A stretch of DNA of 64,000 nucleotides from the human T2T-CHM13v2.0 reference genome, Homo sapiens. The stretch's first letter is position 1; each line of letters begins with the position of its first letter. The position numbers were made by a program, and so were the translations under genes. Below, piece after piece: positions 31,566 to 44,500 of this stretch. Location: the NCBI RefSeq assembly GCF_009914755.1, contig NC_060926.1, one strand, 5' to 3'. The notes beneath the pieces were generated by a model that was given only the letters and a program-made list of their open reading frames with translations, did not search any database and was not told where the DNA came from.

Positions 31566-33119
31566 AGGGCAACGGGCAGCCCTGATATCAGAACCGGAGA
31601 GAGGCAGCAGCTGCCCTGAGGCCCAGGAGTTAAGAGGGGGATTGGGCTCCCAGCGTGGCAGAGCTCAGAGGAGAGCACTCCCCGGTAGGCACGCAGGCCC
31701 AGAGGGCAGGGGAGTGTGACTCGGAGGTCTTGAGCCCCAAGGCCAGGCTCCAGCGGTGACATGAGACCTGGCAGAAGCTGGAGCCGGTCGGGTGCTGGAA
31801 TGGAGGGTGGCTTTCCTCTCTCCCACCTTCCAGGTCTCTGCCAGTGCTGCTGTTTGGCAGAACCTTCTGGAACTTCCCTGCTGGTGGTGATCTGGGAAAG
31901 GTTTGCAGATCTCAGTTCCAGAATCCCAGAGCAGAATATGGAAGCGGGGACTCCGTGGGAATATTCAAGCCACATGCCCTCCGAGAAACCCTCAGACTGG
32001 GAGATTCTGGGACTGTAGATAGTATTTATTCTGTAGACAGCATTTTTATCACTGAGAATACTTGACAACATTCTGCACATGGCGAGTGAGGAGGGGTGGC
32101 TCAGGGTGCACCCAGGGTGTGTGTTTGGCACTGGGTCTTTGCATCCTGCAGCTGGGGCCTGACTTGGTCCTGCAGGCGGTCGGGAGTTGCTGCCACCCCG
32201 AGGTCGCTTCCCAGAGGGCGGAAGGCTGTGGAGAAGTGTGGACGAAACCCAGTTTCTCCATTTAGATGCCGTTGTGTAAACTGTGCTTGCATATCAGGGG
32301 ATATGTAGATTCCAATGAGTTTATCAAAAGCAGGACATACATTCTGAGGTGCAGAGCAGATGGCGTTCTACTGAAATAGGCAGGGGAGTTGATGCCAAGC
32401 CATGCCCAGGTCGTACTGACAGGTGGCATGGGTGAGATGGCTCCCGGGAGCTCCGTGGAGACTGCAGGGTGGGCGAGGGACACAGGTAATGAGGGGCCTT
32501 CGAAGAGGCCATTGCACACAGTCTCACAGTCTAGGCTTTGTCCCTACCCCACGTGGAGTGCATTTTCCAGGACGTGTGGAACAGAAAAATCCATACGATG
32601 TTTGCCTTGAGAACAGCTTATTCTTATTTATATTTTTATTTATAGAATAGCTATTTTTCTACAAAAACATGATTTTATTTTATCATGGAATCACAATGTT
32701 ATTTATAAGGGATAACTTCATGGGGAGCCGTGGATAGAGGCCTGCAGCTGGTGGTGTTCATCATATAACTGATTGATGGGAATTTGCGTAGAAAGTCCGA
32801 ACATTGTTTCGAAAGTGAGCCAAGGCAAGCTGTGTAGACAAGATAGTTTTGTTGTGTTCTTGGGGGAATATCCAGCGTTCATCAATGGCCCTGGAGCACC
32901 TGGCAGAGACTGTCAGCCCTGAGTGGCCAGCAGAGACTGTACCGCAGCCACGGGGAAAGGAGCCATTAGACTCAGCATCTTCCGTTCCCACTTGGTAATC
33001 TGCCCGGTCCTGGCAGGAAATAGGTTAACCATGGCCAGGGAAGGACCAAGGCCGCCCCGATGGGCATCACCCCACCTGCCTGGAGGCAGTCGCCACCCGC
33101 AGCTCTGCCCCCACCCTCC

Positions 33120-33484
33120 TGGTACGGTTTGATGTGTCCTCTCCAAGTCTCCTGTGGAAACATGGCCTCCAATGTGGAGGTGGGCCATGGAGCAGATCCC
33201 TCATGAATAGCTTGGCACCGTCCTTGCCATGGGAGCTCATGCGCAATGTGGTGGTTTAAAGAGCCTGCTACCTGCCCCTGCTTGCTCCCGCTCTCGCCCT
33301 GTGACGCGCAGGCTCCCTTCACCTTCCACCACCAGAGGAAGCTTCCTGAGGCCTCACCAGGAGCCACTGCTGGCGTCAGGTTTCCTGCATAGTCTGCAGC
33401 ACGGTGACCAGTTAAACCTCCTTTCTTTACACTTCACCCAGCCTGGGGTGTTCTTTCATAGCAATGTGAAAATGGACTGGCACA
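33120..33484 (+). mobile_element. MST (MaLR) LTR
   Basis: tggtacggtttgatgtgtcc...gaagcttcctgaggcctcaccag...ttaaacctcttttc...atagcaatgtgaaaatggact. Confidence 0.8.
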
Positions 33485-33904
33485 GGCCTTCTGGGTGCCG
33501 CCTGACAAACCCAAGCCAAGCCCCAGCCGGAGCCCGCGGTGGGAGTGGGCCGGGCAGGTGGGGCTTGGGGCAGAGGGTGCAGGGCGGGAGTGTGTCCAGG
33601 TGGAACCAAGTTTCCAGCGCCACCCAGGGGTTGCCGTGGCACCAGTGGGCGTCTGTGGCTTTCCGATGGTCCCTACGTAGGGACCAGGCACAACAGCTCT
33701 CAGATGCACCACGAGGCCTGATGGGATTTGCACAGGTGCGGGGACACTGTGGCCAAAATGGCTTCAGATGATCTTTTTCAGGAAAATATTGTCTCAGCAG
33801 TTTGCAGCACCCGTGGACCATGGTCACCCCTGACCCGTTTTACAGACCTCACTGACTGTGAGGGGATGAGTGTGATCTGAACTAGGAAGTGTGGGTGAAA
33901 TGAG

Positions 33905-34186
33905 CATGCACGCGTGTGTGTGCGTGTGCGTGTGGGTGTGCGTGTCTGTGCATGTGTGTGTGTGAGTGTGCATTGTGTGTGTGTGCATGTAAGTGTGCAT
34001 GTGTGTGTGCGCTTTGTGTGTGCGTGTGAGTGTGCCTGTGGGTGTGTGTGCGTGAGTGTGCATGTGTGTGAGTGTGCATTGTGTGTGCGTGCATGTAAGT
34101 GTGCATGTGTTTGTGTGTGTGTGCGTGTGAGTGTGCCTGTGGGTGTGTGTGCGTGTGTGTGCATGTGAGTGTGCTTGAGTGTGTGG
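33905..34186 (+). repeat. TG-rich compound microsatellite
   Basis: Directly visible; internal duplicated blocks. Confidence 0.9.
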
Positions 34187-34537
34187 CCATGGCCGTGGAG
34201 GGAAGTTCATGCCAGTGAGCTGGGCTGTCCCGAGACGCCTTTAATGTCAGGACGCACGGGGTCTGTAGCTCACCCGTTACCCACTCCACATGGGCTTTGC
34301 TGAGATAGGCAGCTAACTTCACTTTTTTTTTTTAAATAACAACAACAACAAAAACAGTGTCTCACAATGTACCTTTATTATGCAAAATCAAAACTCACCC
34401 ACAGTACTAAGGGAGTTTAAGGCTTTCTAAGGAGATGGGAAAGGACAAACCCGCGGGACAGACAAAAAGACAAAAGGAAAATGGAAGCGTGTGTGGGAAG
34501 CAGAAGGGCAGCCCCCGGAAGGGAGCACCGAGTGCGG

Positions 34538-34648
34538 TGCGCCCAGACCCCCGTGCGCCCAGACCCCCATGTCCCTAAACCCCAGGGTGCACAAACCCCA
34601 GTGCCTAAACCCCAGAGCGTCTAAACCCCCGTGTCCCTGAACCCCGGA
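34538..34648. repeat. Degenerate ~16-18-bp repeat (cccagacccc / cctaaacccc)
   Basis: About six imperfect copies. Confidence 0.6.
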
Positions 34649-34679
34649 CTTAGCTGTTCTTTAAGCTTCCCTATTTCAA

Positions 34680-35520
34680 CAAACTTCCAAACAATTTTAG
34701 TGGAGTTTTATATTTACAGGATGACGGAGAAGAAGGCAGAGTCCCGTGGACCCCACGCCCACGTCCCCGTACTGGTGCCTGTGTCGTAACTGACCAGCCC
34801 ACACTGATCACTGATCCGTCATCATCGACAGGACAATATTTCATTCCGCTTTCTTGGTTTTCTCCGTCTTTCTGTGCCAGCCCCGCCTCTGGGACTACAT
34901 GTGGCGTTTAGTCACCCGACCCCTGGGGCTGCCCTTGGCTGGACGTTTCTCAGGCTTTCCTTGTTTCTGACGACCTTGAGGGTTTTGAAGGGCTCTGTTA
35001 GGAACTCCGCGGAACGCCCCTCTTGGGGTTTGGGTTTTCTCGTGCACCGACAGGACCATCCCTGAGCCCGAGCTGGATCACGTGCTGGGCTCTCCTCGCC
35101 CGGCGGTAAATCTGTCCAGAGCTTCTTTCTGTCCCTGTGGACTTGCGGATGCTTCCGTTACACCTCGGGTTACCGCCCAGCGCTGCTCTGTTTTCCCGTT
35201 CAAATGGTTCCAGCGTTGGCCTCGGGAGCGCTTTTCACGAGCCCCGTGTCCTCGCGGCGAGCCCCGTCGTTGTGGTGTGTGTTTGTGCATCTCCTCGCTT
35301 TCTGACACTACAGGTACTTCCAGTGTCTCCAGCTCCGATCCGTCGGTCGCCCCATGGATCGTTCTGGCCCCGCCCTTTGCCCCTGCAGCCCCACCCCCCA
35401 CCTCAGTGAAAAACCCACGCCCCCACCTGCCGTCCATTCACGTCGCCGCCCAGATGCAGCGTCCACGGGTAGAGGTTTCAGAATTTCACACGGTGTTTCC
35501 GTTTACTGTTTGCACGTGTG
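34680..35520 (-). mobile_element. Old L1MC-like 3' fragments, GC/CpG-enriched
   Basis: aattttag...tatttacagga, tttccttgtttctgacgaccttga, cccagcgttggcctcgggagc resemble L1MC 3' antisense consensus (recalled). Confidence 0.45.
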
Positions 35521-36318
35521 TGTGACGCGGAGGCGATGGGAAGCATTCTGTTTATCTGTGGCCTGGGGTGAGGCTCCCCGTGCAGGGCCATCTGCCCGTG
35601 GGCCTGCCCAGACCTGGGCTTACCGTCCTGGAACGGAGAAAGGAATCATGAGCAGTGGTTCCGGGAGGCTGGGAGGGGCGAGGCCGGGGAATGGGGCTGG
35701 GGCAGGGGAGGAGGTCACGTGCTGTCTTCATAGGCTTTGGTATTTGAGGCACGTGGCTTGTTACTATTTGAGGATAAAATTTGAAAACCGTAGCACGAAG
35801 GACTTAGGTTAGACATCGGAAAGCACTTCCTGGCAGTGGCTACGGGGCAGCTTTCTGAGCTTTTCCTAAGCCACCCTGTCACTGTGAGGGGGAATTTCCT
35901 CAACCTGCCCTCCAGCGACAGCCTCCACCTCATGGCCAACCCCCGAGGGCGGCTTCCGGGGCTTGCCCTGCTGTGGATGAGGCCAGCTTTGCTCCCCACT
36001 CTCTCTGGACTGCGTGGGGAGTGACTCCTGGACTGTCTGCAGCCTCCTGGACCCTGGCTCCGAGTCAGATGAGGGTTCTCATCTGGTTCTTGCAGAGTCT
36101 CCTGCTGAGCCTGGTCTTCTGTCCACACCTGGGTGGTGGAGGCCGCCCCAGGAGCCTCTTTCTCCCCCTGCATGGGAGGCCGGGTCTGCTCAGCCAGCGC
36201 CCTCACCTGCGGTCGGTGAGCTGTGCACGGGGAAGCAGAGCCTGGCGGCCACGTCGGCCTCCTGTGAGAGGGTCGAGGGCTCCAGCCCCGAATGGGACTT
36301 GAGCAGTGCTTCGGCGAC

Positions 36319-36925
36319 GTGTCTGTGTGTGTTCATGTGTGTGTCTGTGTGGTGTGTATGTCTGTGTCTATATGTGATTGTGTGTCTACGTGTGATCATG
36401 TGTGATTGTGTCTGTGTGATGTGTGGGTCTGTGTGTGATAATGTGTAATCGTGTGTGTCTCTGTGTGTGTCTGTGTGTGATGTGTAATCATGTGTGTCTC
36501 TGTGTGTGATTGTGTCTGTGTGTGATGTGTAATCATGTGTGTCTCTGTGTGTGTGTGTGATTGTGTCCGTGTGTGATCATGTGTCTGTGCATAATGATGT
36601 GTGTGTCTTGGTGTGTGATGGTATGTTTGATTGTGCATGTGTCTGTGTGTGATTCTGTGTGTGTGATGGTGTCTGCACATGTGATTGTGTCTGTGTGTGT
36701 GATGTGTGACCGTGTCTGTGTGGCTGCACGTGTATGTGTCTATGTGTGTATGTGTGATGGTGTGTCTGGTGTGATGGTGTGTGATTGTGTGTGCGTGATG
36801 GTGTGTGAGTGACTGCATGGGTGTGATGGTGTGTGTCTGTGTGTGATTGTGTGTGATGGGGTGGATGTGTGATTTTGTGTGATGGTGTGTCATTGTATGT
36901 CTGTGTGACTGTACGTGTGTGTGAG
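36319..36925 (+). repeat. TG/TGA-rich low-complexity tract
   Basis: Directly visible. Confidence 0.9.
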
Positions 36926-38139
36926 GTGGGTGAGCAGGGCTGCGGGGCACAGGGCAGAGGAGAAAGGTTGCATGTGGGGGTTGATCCCTGGCTGGAGGAG
37001 GTTGGAGAAGCCCTGGTGGGCAGGGACGCGGTGGCCTCTCCGGACCCCTTTGCTGCAGCATCACAGAAGGAGACGCAGTCTCTGTCCAGCTTGTGGGCAC
37101 GGAGCTCCCACTCTGGATCTTCTCACTCTTCGATGCTAAGGGGGCGGCTCCCGGAGGGTGGGCTGGTTGCCAGTAGAACCGGTGCGGGTCAGCCCGGCGC
37201 ACCCAACCCCACCCCACCCGAGAGGGAGAGGCCCGGATGGGGTCAGTCCCCAGAGGCCTGTGGCCTAATCGGTCATGTCTGGAACCCCATAAAAAACCCC
37301 AAATGAGGGTCCAGGGGCCTGCATGGCAGTGACCATGGTGGTTCCCGGAGGCCCCCCAACCTCTCTTTTGCCTGGCGTGTGCCTCTCCCAGGCGGGTGAC
37401 AGTGAGGCGCCTCCACGTCCTGGGAGCTGTTCTGCTGAATCTGGAAGCCGGGGGCCAGGGGTGCTCCATGTACCGTGGGCGTTGGAAGTGGGGGCGTCTT
37501 GTGGGCTCAATGCCTGTGGAGAGTGGGTGAGCCCTCCCTGGGCCGGGTGGGAGTTGAGGACTTACTGGTGTGAGAAGAAACCTGTACAGCCGCGGTCAGG
37601 GGGCCGTGGGGAGAGCAGCACCGGGGACCCCACCTCACAAGGGGGACGGAGGCAGAGGGAGCCAGGGGAGGCAGGAGCCCTGGCTTGGGGTGTGCTTTGG
37701 GTGAGGTCCTCTCATCTCTTATGTGCCCCCTCATCCTCGCTGGCCCTAACTCCAGTTCCCAAATTGCTCTGAGGGAGGACTAAAGTTCCAGAAAGGCTGT
37801 GTGAGCCAGCCACCAGTGCCAGCACGAAGCTGCGGGGACCACAGCACCCCTTGTCCTGGGAGGTGCCTGCTCCCCCACAGCCTGTCCCCCCGAGAGGAGC
37901 CAGGCTCCCCCCATCTCCCATGCCCTTAGAGGAGCCACGCTCGCCCCAACCCCCATCCTTCCTGGAAGGAGCCGTGCTCCTCCTATCCCCCGGAATCCTC
38001 CTTAAGAGAGGCCATGATCCTCGGTCCTCCTGTCCTCCCTGAAAAGGGCTGTGCTTCCCCTGTCTCCATCTTTCCTGACCACAGGTGCTCCACCTGGCCT
38101 GTGCTGGAGGCTGGGAGGGTGGGCCTAAAGGGGGAGTCT

Positions 38140-38525
38140 GTGTGAGGGAAGCGTGTCCCTGTGTGTGTGTGCATGAATATGTGCACACATGCGGCTGTGT
38201 GGGTGTGTTTCTCTGTTTCTGTGTGCATGGGTCCGTGCATGAGCACAGGTGTGCATGTGTGTGTCTGTGTGCATGGGTCCGTGTGCGAGCACAGGTGTGC
38301 ATGCGTGTGTCTGTGTGCATGGGTCCGTGTGTGAGCACAGGTGTGCATGGGTCCATGTGTGAGCACAGGTGTGCATGTGTGTGTGCACACGTGTCTGTGT
38401 GCGCATGCTGTCTCAGGGCTTGTCTGTGCGTACAAGTGTCTTTCTGTGTTTCATGGTTGTGTGTGAACACACGTGTGTGTCTGCATATATGCCTGTGTTT
38501 TCCCGTGTCTGTGTGTGCGTGTGTT
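38140..38525 (+). repeat. TG-rich tract with a ~46-bp repeated block (gtgtgcatgggtccgtgtgcgagcacaggtgtgcat...)
   Basis: Directly visible. Confidence 0.85.
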
Positions 38526-40349
38526 TGGGGTGGGTAAGGCTCCATTGTTTAGGACGTGTGTGACCTGCCTCGCCATCTCCCCTGCCATCCTCTGGGTCAT
38601 TCTTGCACAACAGTGACCTGCTGTTTGGAGCCGAATGGGCACAGTGAATAATGCGTTTCATTTATTTTCACAAACCTGTGGTTGCAAAGCCAGCGTGAGA
38701 CGCAGGTGAGGCCGTCACACCCCTCGTCCTGGCGGAATCCACGCCTCCTTGGGCCCCTGCTGCCAGGACCCCACACCTCTTTAGAGTAAATAAACCTTGG
38801 CGTAGGGGCAGTTTACGGAAACGAGAGAATTGTGTAACCATCGACCCTGTGGACAGGTTTGACTCTTGGGTTTGAAGAACCACGGTGACGTCTTCCTGAT
38901 GCCGCTGCCTCCTCTTGTCAGTGAAGGGAGTGGGACTCGCCGGAGAAAGAAGCGAAGGCTCCAGCCCCGGCTGGATGAACCCTGCAGCTGGTCCTCACCG
39001 TCTCGGGAGGCAGCTCCGGCTTCTGTCCACTAGGTGGAGCGCTTGCTGTTTGCGATGAAATCGTGGAGCCTTGAAAATTCCCAGGCTGGCGAAAGGCTAA
39101 GGGGCATTGGGGGTCAGCAGGCGGGGCCCGTGCTGGTTGGAGCTGCTGGGGCTGAGATGGAATGGCGATGCCATTGGGGTATTCCCTGTGGGAATGCAGC
39201 TGCCGTCCGCAAGCCCCCGCGACCTTTCTCCAGGCAGAATGTGGAGCCCCGAGTGGGGTTAGGGCCGTGTGCTGCAGGGCGGGGCCTCGCCTGGTCGCGT
39301 GGCAGCCTCGAGGTTTGTTGCAGGTGATGGGGTGAGGAGCAGCTGGGCCCCACTAGCTCTTGGCCGCATTGTCCCTCCTTTCACCCCCAGAAGTTACCCC
39401 TGCACTGTAAACCCCATGGGGCATTGAGCCTCCTATTTTCTTCTCCTGCTTCACAAGTTTAGAGTGTTTGCTTAAATGCAATGCTTAAAGCCGCCCAGAT
39501 GTTTGAGAAAATAAGTTCAGTGAGAAACAGGAGGCTTCACCTCAAAGCATTTAAGGCTGCTGTGAGAAATTATCCCCATCCTTAAAAGCCTCCAGATGTT
39601 TGAAACTCCTGTTTTGTGTAAAATAACAGCAACAAATAAGTAAAAACAAAAACCTCCATACCGACTGCATTCCTTTCAAGTGTTTAACTGTTTAACTTCA
39701 AAGTCAGAAGTGCCCTAAACTCAAAAACGGCACCAACAACTACTTGAGTGGGACTCTTTTGTTTGCAGTCATCAGGAACTCAATTCAAGCTGATAAAAGC
39801 CAGAAAAAGAATGTCATTGAAGGGGCAGGGGTTGTTGATGTATGCAATTACTAACTGCAAAGGGGCATTCAGGAATGGGTGGATCTAGGGGCTTCAGTGG
39901 TCTCTATCTCTTACCCATGCCTTCCTCTGAAATGAGTCCCCCAGATTTCTCCTCCTGCCAGCTCCTGGCAGCCACGGTCATTTCTTTGCAGCCTCAAGTC
40001 TACTCTGAGATTTCCTCTTCCCAGCAGTTCAAACAGGAGCCTCTGATTGAGACGCTGGCACTGGCTGGGGCCTTGTGCCCACCTCTGAGCCCATCACTGC
40101 AGTGGGGCATTGGGTGCTCTCATCGGCCAGGCCTGGGTCACGGGACCATCTTGGAGGGCAGGGTGGGGCAGCCCACGGAGCCCAGGCTGCGTGTCTCCGG
40201 AAGAGAATCGAGGTGGGACTCGGGAGGGAAGGGTGCTGGGCAGGGAAGGTAGGGAGTGCTCAGGAGCGCTTCAGCGGAAGGACCTGGAAATGGCTCTGGC
40301 TGTCTGTGGTCAGTTTCCTGCTCCTTGCACATCCAGAGAAGGAAAGGAC

Positions 40350-40742
<393 letters not shown>

Positions 40743-40829
40743 TAAATACAAATAAGATGCATATTAACGTTTAAGGAAATCTAATGTTTTCCACGATATG
40801 ACTTTGAGAACCTTAAGCTCTTGCGTGTA

Positions 40830-41140
40830 TGTTTAGCGGGGACGGGACCGTGCCCTTTGTGGAAGCCCAAGCCTCACTGTGATGACATCTGGAGGTGGGC
40901 CTTTGGGAGGTGATTTGGGTTAGATGGGGTCATGAGGGTGGGGCCACATGAGGGGATTCGTGCCATCCTAGGAAGAGGAGGAGACCAGAGCTCGCTCTCC
41001 ACCGCCCTGGCCAGGAAGCCGCCCTAGCAAGAACCCGTCCCGGCCGGCCCGACCTCAGACCCACAGCCGCCAGATTGTGAGCAATGGAGGTCTGTGTGCG
41101 CCCCCTCTGTGGTGGTGGTTACAGCAGCCCCTCAGACGGA
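40830..41140 (+). mobile_element. MLT1A-like MaLR LTR
   Basis: tggaggtgggcctttgggaggtgatttgggttagatggggtcatgagggtggggcc. Confidence 0.7.
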
Positions 41141-41839
41141 GAGTGAAGAGTGTTTAGCTGGTTCTCCGGGAAGCAGCGCCTGAGATACAGGCTCAGGGCT
41201 GCCGGCTCAGTCGGGAGTGAGGCTCAGGGGAAAGGGGTGGGGGAAGAGCAAGGTGGGTGTAGGGGGCAGGCGAGGGAGAAGGGGGGAGAGGGAGGGGAAG
41301 GGGAGGGGGGAGGAGAGGGAGAAGGGAGGAACCGAGGGGACGGGGGGCTCAGCGCACGGGGGCATCTTCCAAATGGCCACATAAATGAGTGCAATTCCGG
41401 GTCCACCCGAAGGTGCGGGGGGAGGTTCCTCTCCCGGTTCCACCTCACACGGGATGCTGTTTCCCCGCACGCGGCTGCTCCTGGAGGGTGAGAAGGGGTT
41501 GCAGTGGTTCCGCTCAGGGCCAGGTGGGGCAGGAGGCCGGACCCCTGTCTTGGTGGACGCTCGGCCGCAGCCCTCTGTTGTGGCCTCAGCAGCGACTCCA
41601 ACCGAATCTGTGGCCAGAGGCTGTGGGGAGTGGAAGCTGGAGGACCCAGGCTCGAGGGCGTCTGACCCAGGGAGCCCGCAGCAGGCAGGTCACCCCGACT
41701 TGTGGCCCCGTGATGCTGCAGGGACCCCAGCTGTGGGAAAAGCCACGCTACTGTCCCCCAGAGCAGAGGACCAAGTGCTCAGCTGCACAGCCCGGCCGGG
41801 GGTGCTCGGCCGCCGTGTCTGCAAAGGCCTGGAGCAGAT

Positions 41840-41940
41840 GTACCCAGGCCCCAGGGAGGAGCCGGAGGTGCCCAGGCTGTGGGGAGGAGCCGGAGGTGCC
41901 CAGGCCGGGGGGAGGAGCCAGATGTGCCCAGGCCGGGGCT
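41840..41940. repeat. Short ~29-30-bp tandem repeat (ggaggagccggaggtgcccaggc), 3 copies
   Basis: Directly visible. Confidence 0.75.
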
Positions 41941-42019
41941 GTCCTGAGGTCTCCGCTGGCCCGTCGCTGTCCTCTCTCTCCTGTGCCGGGGTGGCTGCCC
42001 TGCAGGCTCCAGTGAATAT

Positions 42020-43120
42020 AATTTTCTCTTGGCTTAGCTGCATCCTGCAGTTTTGATGTGTCTTTTCTTCATCACCATTTATTCAACACATATCCAAATT
42101 CTGCTATGATTTCTTTTGGCCACTGGATTATTTAGAAGCATATTCTTTAATTTCCAGGAAGTTTAGCATTTTTTAGTATTTTTTTTCACTTCTAAGTTTA
42201 CTGAGGTCAGAAAATATGCTCTGAATTTTAAATTTAGATCCTTTGAAATTATTTGAGGCTTTCCCTATGTCCCAACATATGGAAATTTTGGTGAATGTTA
42301 TGTGTACACTTAAGAAGAAGAGGAAGCAAGCCATTTTGGATACAAGGTCTGAGGCAGAACAATTGGGCCGCTCTAGTTGATTATGTTGCTCAGGTCTTCC
42401 TTATCCTGACTAATTTTATGTTATCCCAGTTACCGAGAAAGGCACGTGACAATTCCCCTATGCTTGTGGATTTTTCTCTTTGTATTTGGCTCTCATTACT
42501 CTTAGTAGGGTGCTCCAAGGTGGGATTTACATGTATCCCCCTTGGGATTTGCTGATCTTCATGAATCTGTGGATTAAGGTCTTCCAACAGTTTTCAAAGA
42601 TTCCCACCCATTATCGTTTCAAATATTTCGTCTGTCCCATTAACTCTGATCTCTCTCTGGGATTATGCATATCTCAGACCTATTGACTATGTCTCATCTG
42701 TTATTTTTTTCCTTTCTGGATTTTCTATTTATTTTTTCCCATTCCTTTCATTTGAGTATTTTCTATTACTTCTGTTGAGGTAGTTTATAATGACTTGCAT
42801 TTATGTTTACAAATTCTATCTTCTGCTGTGTTCAATTTTTATTAAACCCACCAATTTCATTCTTAATTTCAGATATCATACTTTTCAATTCAAGAACGTC
42901 TGTGTTATTATTTTAACGTTTCCATTTCTTTGTCGGAATCCCTCATTTTCCCATCTCTTGTGACTGAGCTCATTCATCACAGCTGTCTTTAAGGTCCTTC
43001 TCTGGCAACACCATTTTGGATCATCCGTGGGTCCCTTTCTGCTCTTTCTTTCCCTCTTTGTTATCAGTCACATGGTCTTTATTCTTGACACACTCTGGTC
43101 ATGTGTACCGAATGCTGAAG
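42020..43120 (-). mobile_element. Old L1M fragments
   Basis: T-rich; tggattatttagaag, aaattctatcttctgctgtgttcaat, atttcagatatcatacttttcaattc. Confidence 0.6.
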
Positions 43121-43769
43121 CTGGTGAATTATCATAACAGCAGTGCCCTGGTGGTTCCAAGCCATGTTGTCTTTAAGCATAAAGTGCTCACCGTTTCCTC
43201 TTCTGAGGAATGGATTGAGGCCTGATCATTCTCGGTGGAGGATGGAGCCTGGTGAGAGTGAACTGCACTTTCTGTTGCACTGAGGCTCACCCAAGCTTGT
43301 CTTGCCCCTCGGGGTGGCTTCCCAGGGCTCCCAATCCAGAGCCTGGTGGCTCCCTGTCTCCCCAGTACTGGAACAAGCAGGACAGAGAGGCAGGTGCTCA
43401 AGGGAGGGAGACATGGGTGTTCAACGGGGAGAGACATGGGGGTGTGGAGGAGAGAGGTGTGAGTGTGAGATGTGGTCATGCACAGGAGGAGGCTGCCCTG
43501 CTGCAGGACAGGCATCCACCTCCTCTTGATCCTCCCCTTTCCAGGGAAGAATGGGATCGACATGTCCTCTTTCTAGGGATAGGAGGGGGTGGAAATCTTT
43601 TTGACGCTGCAGGAAGCTTAGAGTGGCCATCCCTTTGTTCGCCTGGGGTGAGGGTTTTTGCGGAAAGGAGACATCAAGTGTCTTGGTGTCCGATTGATTG
43701 GACACGCTATTGGCCTGTTATTTACAGTACTTCTTTACATCTACCCCTTAGGATCATTTTTCTCCTCCC

Positions 43770-44193
43770 CATGGGTACGTGTCCTCAACCTTGGCAAAAT
43801 AAACTTTCTAAAGTAACTGAGACAGGTCTCACAGCCTCAGGAGGCCCTGATAACATGCTGAAGGCAGTCGGAGCACAGTTTGGTTTTATACATCGTAGAC
43901 ACGAGACATCAGTCAGCATATGTAAGATGAACATTGGTTTGATCTGGAAAGACGGGAAGACTGGAAGCAGGGAGGGGGCTTCCAGGTCATAGGTAGATAA
44001 GAGACAAATGGTTGCATTATTTGGAGTTTCTGATGAGCCTCTCCAAAGGAGGCAGTCAGATATGCATTTATCTCAGTGAGCAGAGGGGAGACTTTGAAGA
44101 GAATGGCAGGCAGATTGGCCCTAAGCAGTTCCCAGCTAGAATTTTCCCTTTAGCTTAGGAATTTGGGGGCCCAAGGTTTGTTTTCCTTTCACA
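43770..44193 (-). mobile_element. MER4A-type LTR with an inverted terminal segment
   Basis: acagcctcaggagg...ccctaagcagttcccagc...ttttcctttcaca is antisense MER4A; 43770-43823 is the LTR 3' segment in sense orientation. Confidence 0.8.
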
Positions 44194-44240
44194 CCTGTTA
44201 GGCATTTGGGCTGTTTCTACCTTTCGTCGGCTGTGAATAA

Positions 44241-44500
44241 TGCTGCCATGAACATATGTGTAACTTCTGCCATGAACATATGTGTACCTGCTGCCATGAA
44301 CATATGTGTACCTGCTGCCATGAACATACGTGTATCTGCTGCCATGAACATATGTGTACCTGCTGCCATGAACATACGTGCACCTTCTGCTGTGAACATA
44401 CATGTATCTGCCACCATGAACATATGTGTACCTGCTGCCATGAACATACGTGTATCTGCTGCCATGAACATGTGTACCTGCTGCCATGAACATGTGTACA
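44241..44500. repeat. Minisatellite, 24-bp unit TGCTGCCATGAACATATGTGTACC, ~11 copies, L1-derived
   Basis: Direct periodicity; continuous with antisense L1 text ttgggctgtttc...gtgaataatgctgc. Confidence 0.95.

Noticed and set aside
34570-34648. Interstitial telomere-like repeat (ccctaaaccc)
   Set aside because: No tandem CCCTAA hexamers; the period is ~16-18 bp
36396-38545. 357-aa and 277-aa His/Thr-rich ORFs
   Set aside because: Translation of TG/CA low-complexity tracts
44256-44489. Metallothionein-like Cys/His ORF
   Set aside because: Translation of an L1-derived 24-bp VNTR
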